Source: Lytechinus pictus | Lineage: Eukaryota | Length of the DNA stretch: 64,000 nucleotides | Assembly (NCBI RefSeq): GCF_037042905.1 | Contig: NC_087259.1 | Span: 16,802,001 to 16,866,000 of the forward strand | Direction: 5' to 3' | Shown here: positions 13,301-25,900 of the stretch, in pieces | Numbering within the stretch: position 1 is the stretch's first letter | How the letters are laid out: every line of letters starts with the position of its first letter | Translations under genes and position numbers: made by a program | The notes under the pieces: generated by a model | Told to the model about the DNA's origin: nothing | Database searches by the model: none | What the model saw: only the letters and a program-made list of their open reading frames with translations

Positions 13301-16300
13301 AATAATATCTATATCACCATAAAGCTGAACTTCTGTTCTTTCTCATGATGCCACTCTTGATATGCGGCACCTTTTAATCGGGTCAAGATCACACTTTTCC
13401 CACCAAGATTCAAGACGAGATTTCTGAAATTTTGTACTTGCATGAAATCCAGAGTTCTGATTGGCTGGATAAGGTTCACAGAACAACAGGCGCGGGGTAT
13501 TTGAGGAGATTACCACATGGGAAGTGTGACCTTCCCACGAACCCAGGCACTGGCACCGTTGGAATTTGCCATTGTGTGGTCTTTTTGACCAATCAGAGTG
13601 CAGTATTCTTGTTTTCAAGCTGCTTTATGTACTTGGCAAATGAAAAGTGTGATCTTGACCCGATTAAACCAATTCTTATTTTGAAACCTATATCATTTCA
13701 AAGCAAACATATTCAGCTTTATCATGATATAAAAATCATTTGGGCTCAAACAAAAATAAAGTGTGAAAATAGCAGCTTTTGTCAGGTGAAAATATTTATT
13801 TTGTAGCATATTTTAGATCAAAATTTTAACCTATATTCCAAAATCTTTGAATAAATCCAAACACATGACCTGAAAGAATGATTCTTCTTCTTTACAATGG
13901 TACCAAATTCATGAAATTCGATGCACAATTAGAGCAGCAATGACCGAATGTAAAGAGGTGTTTTGGTCCGCATCAAGCTCATTAAATATGCAAAACATCT
14001 CAAGTCATGAATATCACTTTAGTCCAGGATAGAAGAGGCACAACCTTGTTTTTTTATATATATACAATATTTTTTGATGGTTTCTTGTCAATTCGAGGGT
14101 GCTGATCACGAATCTGGATGATGCCACTCGTGTAACCTTGAGCGTTTTCCGCAAATTGGCAAAATCCAATATGGCCGCCCAAATATGCAAATTACCCATG
14201 AAAATCATAAAATTGTCCGCACATTGGCTATGAAATGCATGAAATTGTGTGGCAGGAGTGAAATACTCTCTGAAAAAATAATTTTTGACAAAATATTTAT
14301 TTTCCTGATATTCAAAATGGCCGCCATAGGCCCCTGTATACTCTATTATGTACAATATGAATAGGGAAAACTAATTTTCACAAAAATGAGCACTAAACTG
14401 CAAAAAATCGCGATGTATCAACAAAGTAATATATGCAAATCATCATTACTAACGAGATATATCATTTATCATCAATATCATATATCATCAATCACAAGAG
14501 TGAGCACTAAAATGCATATATATGTGATGAATTAATTGGATACTGTCTAAAAACGTATTTTCTAACGAAATATATCATTCAGGTTTCAAGTTTGCCGGTT
14601 AAATACTGTATTTTGACTTTCAAAATGGCCGCCATCGACAATAACTGTATTATGTACAATGCAAAGTGGGAAACCAATATTCACAGGAGTGAGCACCATA
14701 AATGCACGTAATAGTGATCTATGAGTAAAATATTGTCTGAAAGCATAATTTCTATTAAGATATATCATTTATTCTGCCAGTTAGGTGGTAAATACCGTTA
14801 TTTTAAAGACAAAATGGCCGCTACAGGCCCTTACGGTATTATATATGCACAATATGAATGGGAACAAATCATTTCAACAGAATTTGGCTTTGCTTGGTCA
14901 AATGGTGATGTATGAGTGGAATATTGTCTGAAAACATGATTTATAACAAAATATATCATATCTTATGTAATTTAGGTGATAAATACTGTATTTCAACATT
15001 CAAAATGGCTGCCATATGCCCTTTTTGTGAACATTATTTGTCTCTATATGGTGGCCATTTTCAATTTAAAAATGCGGCATTTATCACCTTCATTACACAA
15101 CATTATGATATATCTCGTTAGAAACCATTATTTTAGACAATAATTCACCCTTACATCACAATTCACAATTATATGCAATATTTAGAGTCAAGCAAAGCCG
15201 AATTCTGTCAAAATGATATGTCCCATGTTACAATGTACATAATACTTTTAGGACCTATGGCAGTCATTTTGGATTTTAAAGTACAGCATTTATTACCTCC
15301 ACCATGTCCACGACCAATATGTGATAATGTTTAAGACAATATCTTTACTCGTATATCACAGTTATATGCATTTTATGATTCTCACTCTTGTGAAAATTGG
15401 TTTCCCTGTTCGCATGTTACATAATTTAGTAAGGGCTTGTAGAGGTTATTTTGAATGTCAAAATACAGTATTTATCATCTATATGGAAGAAAGAATGCGA
15501 TAATTAAAAAAAAGTTTTCAAATAACGTTTTACTCATACAACAGGATTATAATTATGGATGTCATAGTCAAGCAAATCCAAATTCTTACAAAATATGTCC
15601 CAATTCACATTGTAGATAATACTGTTAGGGCCTATAGGGGCCATTTTGAATTTCATAATACAGTAGTTGTCCCATGCATGACAAAAGAAATGATATGTCT
15701 TGCTATAAAACATGTTGTCAGACAATATTTTACTCGAGTAGATCACAATTACATGCATTATATGTTTCTTACTCGTGTGAAAATTAGTTTCTCCATTTGC
15801 ATTGTACATGATGAATATAGGGGCTATGGCGGCCATTTTGAATTTCATAATACAGCATTTATCACATCAATGGCATATTAACAATTATGTTTTTAATCAG
15901 TATTCCACTCGTTTATCTTAATGATATGCATTTTAGTGCTCAATCTTGTCATTTTTTTTGCCCCGGCCATTGCCATTGTATACTCTTTGGGCCAGTGGCG
16001 GCTATTTTAGATATCAAAATACAGCAGTGTTCCCATATATGACATGATATAAATGATATATCTCGTTAGTAATGATGATTTGCATGTATAACTTCGTTCA
16101 TACATACGCGATTTTTGCAGTTTAGTGCTCATTTTTGTGAAAATTAGTTTTCCCGATTCATATTGTACATAATAGTATACAATGGCCTATGGCGGCCATT
16201 TTGAATATCAGGCAAATAAATATTTTGTCAAAAATCATTTTCTAAGATTGTATTTCACTCCTGCCACACAATTTCATGCATTTCACAGCCAATGTGCGGA

Positions 16301-17158
16301 CAATTTTATGATTTTCATGGGTAATTTGCATATTTCGGCGGCCATATTGGATTTTGCCAATTTGCGGAAAATGCTCAAGGTTACACGAGTGGCATCATCC
16401 AGATTCGTGATCAGCACCCTCGAATTGACAAGAAACCATAAAAAAATATTGTATATATAAAAAAACAAGGTTTGGTCAATTTTCTATGGGGCCTATCCTG
16501 GACTACTTGGATGAAAGAAGCCACTTTCTTGGGACCTGCAGTCTGACTGTCAGCAAGAAATGTATCCACATTGTGCTGCACTCAACCCAGGTAGGTGAAT
16601 GGGTACCTGGTAGGAATTTATTCCTTGAAATGCACTGAGCGCTTGAAGGCTGCTTGAGCTACAGCCGGGGTAATAATCCAAGTCCTTTGGAAGCGCATAG
16701 AGACGTTATTCATAATGTGTTATGCGCTATACAAGAACTGACTATCATTATTATTAAGAAAGGCAAAAATAGGGAATAAGAAATAGAAATAGAAAGGGGA
16801 AGGGAATGAAAGATATAAAAAGAAGGGGCAAAGAATAAAAAAGGAGCTTGTTACTGCCGATGTTCATTTAGCCACATTTACAAATGATAACTAAAATGGG
16901 ACATGATCTCTGAATATGCTATTCATTAATCTATTTTTTTAATAACTAATAATCATCCCCACTATCCAGTCTAGGTTCGAGTGCGAGTTAACTCCCAAGG
17001 GGGCATGCCTGAAGAGGACATTTTCTCGCGGATGCGTTCCAGAAGACGAAGACTGTGACACAGAACTTACTAATACTGGAGGAAAATACGACCTCCAGTG
17101 TTGCGGAGAGGATAAATGTAATACCATTGGAACTACCCAGGTTGCTACATCTAAATGA
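2540..17158 (+). CDS. Secreted Ly6/uPAR (LU, three-finger) domain protein, 119 aa; coding exons 2540-2582, 4188-4315, 16970-17158
   Basis: Manual splice gives MKIALLLVTFMTLR-G-SSLALQCYSCEVVLGEDVTTPNECRMNVDEVEECADGISECY-SRFECELTPKGACLKRTFSRGCVPEDEDCDTELTNTGGKYDLQCCGEDKCNTIGTTQVATSK*. It has a signal peptide, the ALQCYxC start and the CCxxDxCN end typical of LU domains. Introns are GT-AG with consistent phases (1, then 0). Confidence 0.88.
2853..3110 (+). mobile_element. Degenerate tRNA-derived SINE
   Basis: GTCTAGTGG...GGTTCGAAACC head; body similar to the SINEs at 3617 and 12889. Confidence 0.6.
3617..3855 (+). mobile_element. tRNA-derived SINE, cut by the assembly gap
   Basis: TGTGGCCTAGCGG...GGGTTTGAATC head; body matches the split SINE. 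Confidence 0.72.
3856..4156. other. Assembly gap (N run)
   Basis: Run of N characters. Confidence 1.
4188..4315 (+). CDS. Three-finger gene, LU-domain exon A
   Basis: Acceptor ttcttaag, encodes GSSLALQCYSC...ECY, donor GTAAGT at 4316. Confidence 0.88.
4626..6108. mobile_element. Unclassified element, short unit (end A + 458-bp interior + end B)
   Basis: 4626-5364 is near-identical to 6104-6842; 5823-6108 is identical to 12400-12685; bounded by TTATA. Confidence 0.7.
7014..7172. mobile_element. Short Harbinger-like MITE
   Basis: GGGG.GCGTTTCAT...ATGAAACGCCCCCC TIRs; related decayed pieces near 36620 and 58975. Confidence 0.6.
10873..10924. repeat. Perfect 25-bp inverted repeat with a 2-nt spacer
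   Basis: TCACCATGCACTGCTGTAGTGCAGT-AG-ACTGCACTACAGCAGTGCATGGTGA. Confidence 0.95.
12977..16549. mobile_element. Non-autonomous TIR element, CAG termini, 4-bp TSD TCAG (Academ-like)
   Basis: TIR CAGTCAGACYGCAGGTCCC at both ends; TCAG at 12973-12976 and 16550-16553. Confidence 0.78.
14020..16505. mobile_element. Foldback non-autonomous TIR element, TAG termini, 3-bp TSD CTT (Academ-like)
   Basis: TIR TAGTCCAGGATAG; arms of ~450 bp inverted (14044-14470 vs ~16055-16470); CTT at 14017-14019 and 16506-16508. Confidence 0.82.
16970..17158 (+). CDS. Three-finger gene, LU-domain exon B (terminal)
   Basis: Acceptor tatccag, encodes ...SRGC...QCCGEDKCN..., stop TGA at 17156-17158. Confidence 0.88.
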   Translation, partial: SRFECELTPKGACLKRTFSRGCVPEDEDCDTELTNTGGKYDLQCCGEDKCNTIGTTQVATSK

Positions 17159-18579
17159 AACCCGTTACGGAGATCGCAGATTTCAAGAACTGACCCAGTG
17201 GTGCTTCGAGATAAAAATTCATATATCGATGGTGGCGGTAGTTCTCATTCCTTTCTCCGTGTCTTTCGCTCCCACTTTCATCCCCCTCTCTCACTCTCCC
17301 TGCATCCATACCCTGAGAGGTAGTTCCCCTTCTCCCGTCTCCGCCCCTGTCCCCTTCTTTGTCGCATTCCAAATCTGGTTTACTGATAGGAAACGAGAAA
17401 ATGCCGTAAATTATCATTGGCCTTTGTGAATAATGAAACGCACTCATCTATCATGTATCGGGCAGATAAACTGAACGAAATGATAGTAAAATTGTAGTTG
17501 TTTTCACCTAAACGCTTTAGAGCAATATTATTGGTCAAAGTCTTCCTATAGGCTACATTTTCTTCTCTTTTTTTCGGGGGGGGGGGGGGGTACGTAATTC
17601 ATTAATGTATATTTTATTCAGACTGATATTGAATTGAAAACGATTATATATTAATCTGAAGCTTTGTTTTCCACTATCCAAAATTTTCCCGAATTCTTCA
17701 TACCAGGAATTCCGGTTGATGACTTCATAATTATTTCAGACAAAATTATATATTGTGTTATCGCGTAGTTACTGGTTATTATCTCTGTAATGAACAGATA
17801 TATACATCAATATTTGCCAAGATACTTCTGATCAAGTCGAAATATAGTGATTTACTTATCATGCTTATATCATGGTTCTGGCATTAATCATTATATTAAT
17901 AAAAAACCCAATCATTCTAATTCGTAGGTTCGATTGAAAATTTCATATCTGTGATGCATATTCGCAAATAAACCTGTATTTTCATATTCACTCAAAATTA
18001 TTGTGAGTGCTTTCTCTTTTTTTCTGATTGAGGAGAAGAATGTAAATGAGAATTGATAAAGAAAATATAGGATATTGAGAGGAATAACGAGAAAATGAGA
18101 AATCGTTGGTAAATAGACATAATTATGTCGACTTGGCGGGACAATTATGTCGGCTTGGTGAGACAATTATCTCGCCATCTTGATAAGTCTATGGCTCTTT
18201 AAAAACTCTGTATGAAAGGGACCGAGATAAAGTCAACAACATGAGGAGAGATTCGAAAATAAAGATTGTTCCTCCTTCCGAACTCGGGTTTAATTTAAAC
18301 TCTGGTCTAAAGTTGTGATTTTACTATGGACAGCCAATTGTAACACAGATCCTTAACAGTACATGGTATAGGTTCAATTTATCAGTTCATCTGTCACCCA
18401 GGTCAGTCATAACTGTCTGCATGGGCATGCTAGCCGAATCAGTTTTATTCGCCAATGTAGCATGATAAAAAGGACACAGTAAGCCTCACAATCATGCAAT
18501 GTTGACGAAATTTAGAAATTTTCGGCTATCCATCTTTTTAAGCACATAGACATGGAATAAGATAAACCGGACTTCAGAT

Positions 18580-19200
18580 TACAGGACAGAGAGTCGATTG
18601 ACAAAAATTGAGATATTGAGAACGGATGATGATAGAAAGGAAAAAGCGTCGACATAAAAAACAACAATAGGCCTATACTGGGAAAATTAAGAAAAACGAA
18701 TGAACAAGACCGAAATAAGATTGATACAAGAGAATGACAAGAGTCGACAAAATAAATAAAAGAGCGACACGAGAAGAGACGGACAAAGTGTCGACATAAA
18801 ATGAGATTAGGACAGTTGGAGGAGGCGTTCTAAAACAACGAGACCGAGAGAATCAAGAAAAACAGATGAAGAAAATGAAATAAGAGTGACAATAAACAGG
18901 ATTACAAGAGTCGACAAAACAAATCAATGAGCGATAGAAGAAGCGATGGACAAGTGTCGACATAAAATGAGATTAAGACAGGTAGAGAAGGGGTTCTAAA
19001 ATAGCAAGGCAGCAAAAATCAAGAAAAACAGATGAAGAGAATGAAATAAGAGTGATAAGTCGACAAAACAAATCAATAAGCGATACGTCAAGAGAGGGAC
19101 ACGGAGACGATACATGTAAATCGAGAGAGTCAAGAAATAAAATGAAGAAACTAAAGGGATAGATGCGAAAAGAGAGAGGGTTATAAAGAAACATGGCGAT
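18580..19200. repeat. Purine-rich degenerate tandem repeat with recurrent GTCGACA
   Basis: G.GTCGACATAAAA recurs at ~18646, 18788 and 18954. Confidence 0.55.
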
Positions 19201-19990
19201 GTGAAGGTATCTTAAGGGGGGGGGGTAAGATGATTTACATGTGACATTTTTTCTTTAAATGAATGCTTTGTTTATCGTAAAGTTAAAACCATTGTACCTC
19301 CACAGGGGCGGTAACCCGTACCCGGCTCTTTCTTATGGTGCCGTGGCGTGCCGCCTTTTAACGACATCTGAATGTATTTTCAATTCAATTCAATTCTCTA
19401 TACAATTTCCATTCAAAACAAAATAAAAAGTAATATAAAGTAATACAATTTTACAGACGAGTATTCTTACTTCGTAAAACAAAAAACAGTATAATATTGA
19501 GCATAAATGGAAATGAGGGGGTCCAAAAAAAGCAAAGCTTGTAAAGTGTGGATAATGTAAACAGTATCAACGTGGAGACACCAACACATGACTATCAAGA
19601 TGCCTTCAATACTCATTTAAAGTATCGATTGCCTTTTTTTATCACGGATACCAAGAAATACCCTCTTATACATTATTGATTGCTTTCGATGTTTAAAGTT
19701 CAGTGTTATCAATTATTAATATATAGGAGGCTATAACATAGTGACAACCAACCAACAACGCACGAAAATCGCACGCACGTCATTCGCATGCTGATTGTGA
19801 TGACCTATTCTAATCATCGACGCGTCATTACATATCATTCGTTCAAGGAGTTGTATTCTGTTTCTGACTTCAGCAATCCGCATCATCAACTCCGGTCCAT
19901 GGTAGCAAAATGGCCAATTTGGAGCTGAATCTTTTACTAATATCTTAAACGCATTTCCCTCATCATTTGCAATTTCTTCGAGAAAACAAA

Positions 19991-22900
19991 ATGGCGGCTC
20001 GTTATCCCGATGGAGGCGATGGAGTCGAGGGTTTGGAAGAAGAATCAAATACGTGAGTATGAGCTTCTTCTTTTCCTTACTTTGGTTTTGATGGTAACCG
20101 GTCAGTATTGACTATTTTGCCACAGATTTTAAAGAAAGAATTTGATACAGTGAAAAAGCTTTTCTCATAATTTTGAGTTATTTTTCTTTTCTTTCTTTGT
20201 CTTTCATTTTTCTTTTCTTATCTCCTTTTTATAATTTCCCCCCTTTTTTTTCTTTTAAACATTTTCTTTTCTTTTTTTTTCTTGACTTTTGAGCAACCAC
20301 ATATTGAGTAGCCTATTTGACAAGGCCTCGTGACTTTGCTGTATACTGAAAAATGGGAGTCATTCCAAACTTGAGCGGGGGGGGGGGGGCACGACACCTC
20401 GTCAGCTTTCCAGATGCTTTTAAATTATACCTAAATATGTTGTTATAACAGAGGCGGATCCAGCTTTCACCAATGGGGGCGGAAAATTATTTACATCCAA
20501 ATTTTCCCTGATCGACTGCTAAAAGTTGATTTTTGTTGGATTTTGAGGAGAGCTAGGGGGAATAAAAATTCTGAGCAATGCTTGTAATCATGAACAAGGT
20601 TCGTACGTAAACAATAATCAATGAGAGTGCGAAGCAAGAGCGGAATTTTTTTTTTTACTTGAAAGTCATACTAATCACTTATTATTAACAGGATAGGTAT
20701 CTTACAAAACAATAAATGCGAGCGTGAAGCAAGAGCTGAATTGTTGACATAATATACTTACCTGAAAAGGGACCTGATATTCAAGGACTGTCCGCAGTGA
20801 CTCATGAAAAGGATACATATCCCTGCAATCAATAAAGCAAGCGCGAAGCGCAAGCTCAAATTTTGTTATATTTTGACCTGAAACCCGAATTTTGTTCAAT
20901 ATTTCGCTTCAATTTTTATTTTTAAAAATAGTTCTTCATATTAATTGAATACTTGCCTATATTTGGATTTGAACCCGCAACCTTGCCATTTTAAGACCAA
21001 TGATTATCCCATTGCGCCACGCTGTTGCCAATTACTTTTATAGCTTTACGTGTTTATTAATATTCAGGTGTAGTCTTTGACGAAATAAAACCTTTGCTGA
21101 CGCTGGGAAGGTAATGTAGTAGGGGGGGGGGGGTAGTGTCCAGGGTCCCGTAACACAAAGGGTAGCGATTGATCGTACGCTTGATTTTCACGATTGATTG
21201 TACATTTAGTCAATGGAATCAATCGTAGAAAAATGTTCTACGATCATTGCTAAGCTTTGTGTTACGGGCCACGGGGCATGCGCAATCAGCAGGGACAGAA
21301 TTTAATATTCAACGCCATGTCTGGTATCACCAACTAGAATAATACTGTTGGGTCAGATTCTAGTTATCACCCTGGGTGTTGTACGAAGGAATACAAGCAG
21401 AGGGAGTGGGGCTGCGGCCAAAAACACGAGTTAAATCAATCTCAGAATTTTTTCATTATTATTATTGGTTGAAAATAAAATCATTTTGATTGGAACTCTT
21501 TCAACGACAGATGTCAACAACAACAAAAATGTCAGCTTTTAAGACTTGAGACTGATACACAAAGTGCTTTATAGCGTGAAAAATATATGGAGATATTCAT
21601 GCAAAAAAAAAAAATAAGTGGTTTATTATGCTTGGCTTATTTGCTTTCCAGTCATTCGCAGCAGGGGCATCGATCTGTGTTTCGGGGGTGGGAAAAGGTC
21701 ATGAAAATGTAAAAAAAAAAAAAAATTACACGTTTAAATTGTGTACAGTATTTTCATTAAAGTGCTTCCAAATTCTCTTTAAAACATTTCCATTGCACAT
21801 CATAAATTCTTCAAGTTGTCAAAATTATGGGGGGGGGGCGGGCAAGTCGATATGTTTGCCCCTTCCTCAATATTTACAATGGAGGCGATCGTCCCCTTGC
21901 CCCCCCCCCCCTCCTCTAGTATCGACGCTTCTGATTATCGAGTTGTGAAAAGATAATATTCTCCGAATTATGATATTATTAGAACCAACATGATTTAAGG
22001 GTGCATGGACTTTCCTCCTTTGCTCAAGAATGTTTGCTTTTTGTTTCAATATCATTATTACAGTCAAGTTGATGGTGCAACTATTGGACTTAGTGATAAG
22101 GAAATCCTTAACATCGCAGAATCTATCTCTGATGAGATGAATATTCGTCGCCTCGGTATTGACCTTGGGTTCAAGTGGGCCAAAGTAGACCAATTTCTAA
22201 AGGTAATGACATCGATTAACAAATATTCAAGGATTTTTTTAAAGGTAACATAACATACAGTAAAGTATAAGAAAGAAAAGACATCATGAATTGAGAGGAG
22301 TAAAAAAAAAACACCAACAAACAAACAAACAAAACAAAAAAACTGTAAAAACTGTTCAGGGGGCAGAAAATATTAAAGGGATTATTAGATGCCACCATTG
22401 TGACTCAAGGGGTGGGTGCGAATGGTTATTTAGTCCCAAGTCTCCACAAAAGTTTTGAATGACAGAACGTGTTGTGAAAGGTATACATGATGTGTAATTC
22501 ACGAAGGCCGATAATGTTTGCTTAATAAGAACCTTTGGAATAATCAATAGAATTACAGAATATTAGGCGTAAAGTAATAAAGTCTCAAATGGAGAATACG
22601 AGGGGCTGCGCTACAGGGGGTAAGAGCGTCGACTGCCCCTCCTATAATTTTTCACGTAGTGAAAAGGGGGAGGGAGAAAGGGGAAGAAAGAAAGGTCAGA
22701 GCTGTGTAACTCTATACCTCTATGATTAAATTGAGAAAGAATTATGACGTCATGCACCTGAACGTCTCCCCCTCCCAAATATCAGGTATCTCGGCGTTCC
22801 CATAGCAACTAGACCACTTTACGTGTAGTGGTTCTGGAAACCAGGAGATGGGGATGAGAAACTAGTTCGAGAAAGTTTATTTGGAAACGGGGTTGCACTC

Positions 22901-25900
22901 TTACTGGTGCGTGGTTGAAAAAAAATGTATATTCAACAAAAATATTTATGAAATACGCCATTGTTGTAGCCCTATCGCACGAGATGACATGAGGAACACC
23001 GGAATGATTCTGTTCCACCGTGAAGTAGACAAAAAAAACAGAACGAGTTGTGTTTTAACATTCTTGTCCTTTGCCCTTCTCTTTGAAGACGAATAGGAGT
23101 GGTGGAGACGTTACGTCCAAGGGAACTCAGAATATGCTTAGCAGCTGGAGAAACAATACCAGGGCAGCAGATCAACGAACCAAAATGAGAAAAGCGTTGG
23201 TTGAGGCGGAGTTGACTGCTGTGGCGGAGAAGTATCTGCTCCTAGGTAAGATTTACCGAGGTGCAAAAAAAAAACGAAATAAAGAACAGAGTAGGGCGGC
23301 GATAAAAAAAGGGGACATAGCTCCAGTAGTAAAGGGGATAAAAGAGGACGTAACAGAAATTGGAAGAAGGGTAACAAGAAAGAACGGTCGGAGTGTAAAA
23401 CTCTAAATATTCCTGTTATTCGACTGAGAAAAACATGACGTCAAGTTTAGGTCGTCTTACTTTAACCCCCCCCCCCCCCCTCCATTAAACTACCATGGCG
23501 CCGCCCCTGAGAAAGTCACAGAACGTGACAAATTAGACAAATATAGTGATATCAAAGTTATTTTACGGTATAAACTATGCTGATTGACTGCAGCTTCCAT
23601 TCCCAAAATAATAAATTGGAGATTGTTTCTGCATCGGTCTTCAGTTTCAGAGAAATTGGAATATTTTCAGATTCGGGGACATCAAAATACAATATCATCA
23701 TCATGAATTACATTGTCTCGCTTGGCGGCAATCAATAATGGTCGTCGAAAAATAACATTGTCGCAAACAATAATAAAACGTTTGTTACTATCCATAGTGT
23801 TTTATTTCGGGTATCCAAATGGGCTGTATTTTTCAATATATATAGTGAAGACAGAAGACGGAAATGAACTAAGAATGCTTTATTCATACCATCACATAAT
23901 TATTGTAATGACAAAGCTAAGATTATCGTTCTTTCAAATTAATTCATGAGTTTCTTTGGAAAATATATTACTAGCACTATCGCATACATTTACGACCTTG
24001 ATAGCGGAAAACGATATTAATGGGGTATTTTCGTTCACAAAATCTTTATCTCATTTTATCAGATCCCGAATCGTCATCAGCGATGACTGCTCAAGAGGTG
24101 AAACAATGCCAAAAGGACCTTATCCAGTACTATGTGGATGACGCTTGCAAGATTAAGACGTCTCCACTCGATCCAGACAACTACGTGGAACTTGACGAGA
24201 TATTCATCAATCTAAAGATGGAAAAGAAACAAAATCAACCGGGAACACCAACAAAAGAGCCACTGGCGTACGATGATATCATGAAGCTTCCATCCAAGAG
24301 GTTGATGATTGTAGGAGAAGCTGGAGTTGGGAAAACAACCGTATGTGCAAAGATGGCTCACGACTGGGCAAGGGGGCAACACTTCAAGAACATCAAGCTA
24401 TTGCTGTTTATTCTCCTCTGCGAAGTGACGGATCAGAAGACTCTTGGGGAAATTGTCAAGGATCGACTTTCTGATAGCAATGACGTGAAAGAAAAGCAGA
24501 TTGATGAGTACGCCCGAACCAATCCAGAGAAAGTCCTCATTCTCATGGACGGATTGGATGAATTCAATAACAAGGCCAAGATCATCACGGAGATCCTCGA
24601 GGCGACCAAACTCAAATCCTGCCAGGTTATCGTCACAGCCCGCCCCTGCGAAGTCGAGAAGATAAGCACCAAGGACAGACTGAGCAAAATCTATACACGT
24701 ATCCACGTTGAGGGGTTCAGCAAGGCTCAAATCCAGAACTACGTTAGGAAATTCTTCGAAAAGAATGACCCAAAGGCTGGCGAGAATCTCCTACATTTCA
24801 TACAAGAGAAGGGTGGCGTTATCTCTGAGACCATAGCATCCTATCCAATATACTGTACACTGCTTTGCCATTTGTGGAATGACGAAAAGCGACGAGATGC
24901 AATCAGGAAGTTTCAGACCTTCTTTCAGATCTTCGATGAAATGGTGATTCAGCTGAAAGAACACCACTTATCAAAGACCATAGGTGATGGAGAAAATCTT
25001 GACTACACAGAGGTCGACGCTTGTTTCGAGGTTCTCGGGAAAATAGCCTTCACGGGACTTGTAGACAAGCAGATGATCTTTGACAAAGGGAGCTTCAAGA
25101 CCGGCGATCTTACCTTGGCATACGAAGTGGGAATACTCAGTACAAAGGGTAAGAGGCTAGCACCACGAGCTATGAGGAGGAAGACGGGCAAACGATTCGT
25201 CGAAGAAGTCTTCTTCCCACACAAACTCCTGCAGGAGTTCATGGCAAGCATTCATCTCTCATCGTGCCATAAAGCAAGTCCTGATAAATTCAAGAAGATG
25301 CTGAAGAAGAACATGTTGGAGGATTATATGAAGTTCAGGTACGTCTTCTACTTCACTGCCGCACAGGGGCCAGAGATTGGACGAGATACTCTGAAGCTAC
25401 TTAGGAGGGGAAGGGTTCATGAAGACTTCATTGTCGCTACTGCCTTCGAGTGTCAAGACAAGGAAATGACCCAACCGTTCATCGAGAAGCTCCTTGCCAG
25501 AGATCAAGCAGTACAGCTGACGGATTACATGCAACCCCACACGGTCACCGCGTACCTCTACGCTATGGACACGTTCGATGATTTGGTAGGATTCATGACT
25601 TCATAAATAATACAAATACATCCCTTCCACCTCCATTCGAATTCCAAGACTGGCAGAGATAATTGATCAGTCATTAGCTGTCACAAAACCAGACTGGGTA
25701 ATAGGAACAACAAGGACCACGCCTCTGCACCCTTTTATTAAAATGTGCACTTCTGAGACTGGTACCTTAAGTTTAATATCGATCGTGTTTTGTACATAAT
25801 ATTTTAAAGAAATCTTCAAAACTAGAGTCTCCTTTCTGTTCTCCTTTCAGTCATCTTGTTATCAATAATGTTTTATGGGAAATGTCTGACCAATCGTCTT

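Larger units (their letters stand above)
12889..16756 (+). mobile_element. tRNA-derived SINE split by nested insertions (12889-12976 + 16550-16756)
   Basis: A-box TGGCCCAGTGG and B-box GGTTCAAATCC head; the body resumes at 16550 and ends in a (TAT)n tail; homologous to the SINE at 3617-3855. Confidence 0.8.

Noticed and set aside
14014-16468. Pair of similar ORFs on opposite strands (14014-14355 and 16182-16460)
   Set aside because: Simply the two inverted arms of the foldback element; not genes.
17055-17447. ORFs of 124 aa (+) and 98 aa (-) near the three-finger last exon
   Set aside because: Off-frame or low-complexity CT-rich 3' UTR; the Cys-patterned frame is the credible one.
19760-19990. 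Immune TF sites (C/EBP, HSE/STAT-like) in the NLR promoter
   Set aside because: Matches are short or imperfect and expected by chance.
24398-25251. Minus-strand ORFs overlapping the NACHT exon
   Set aside because: Antisense shadows of a real coding exon.
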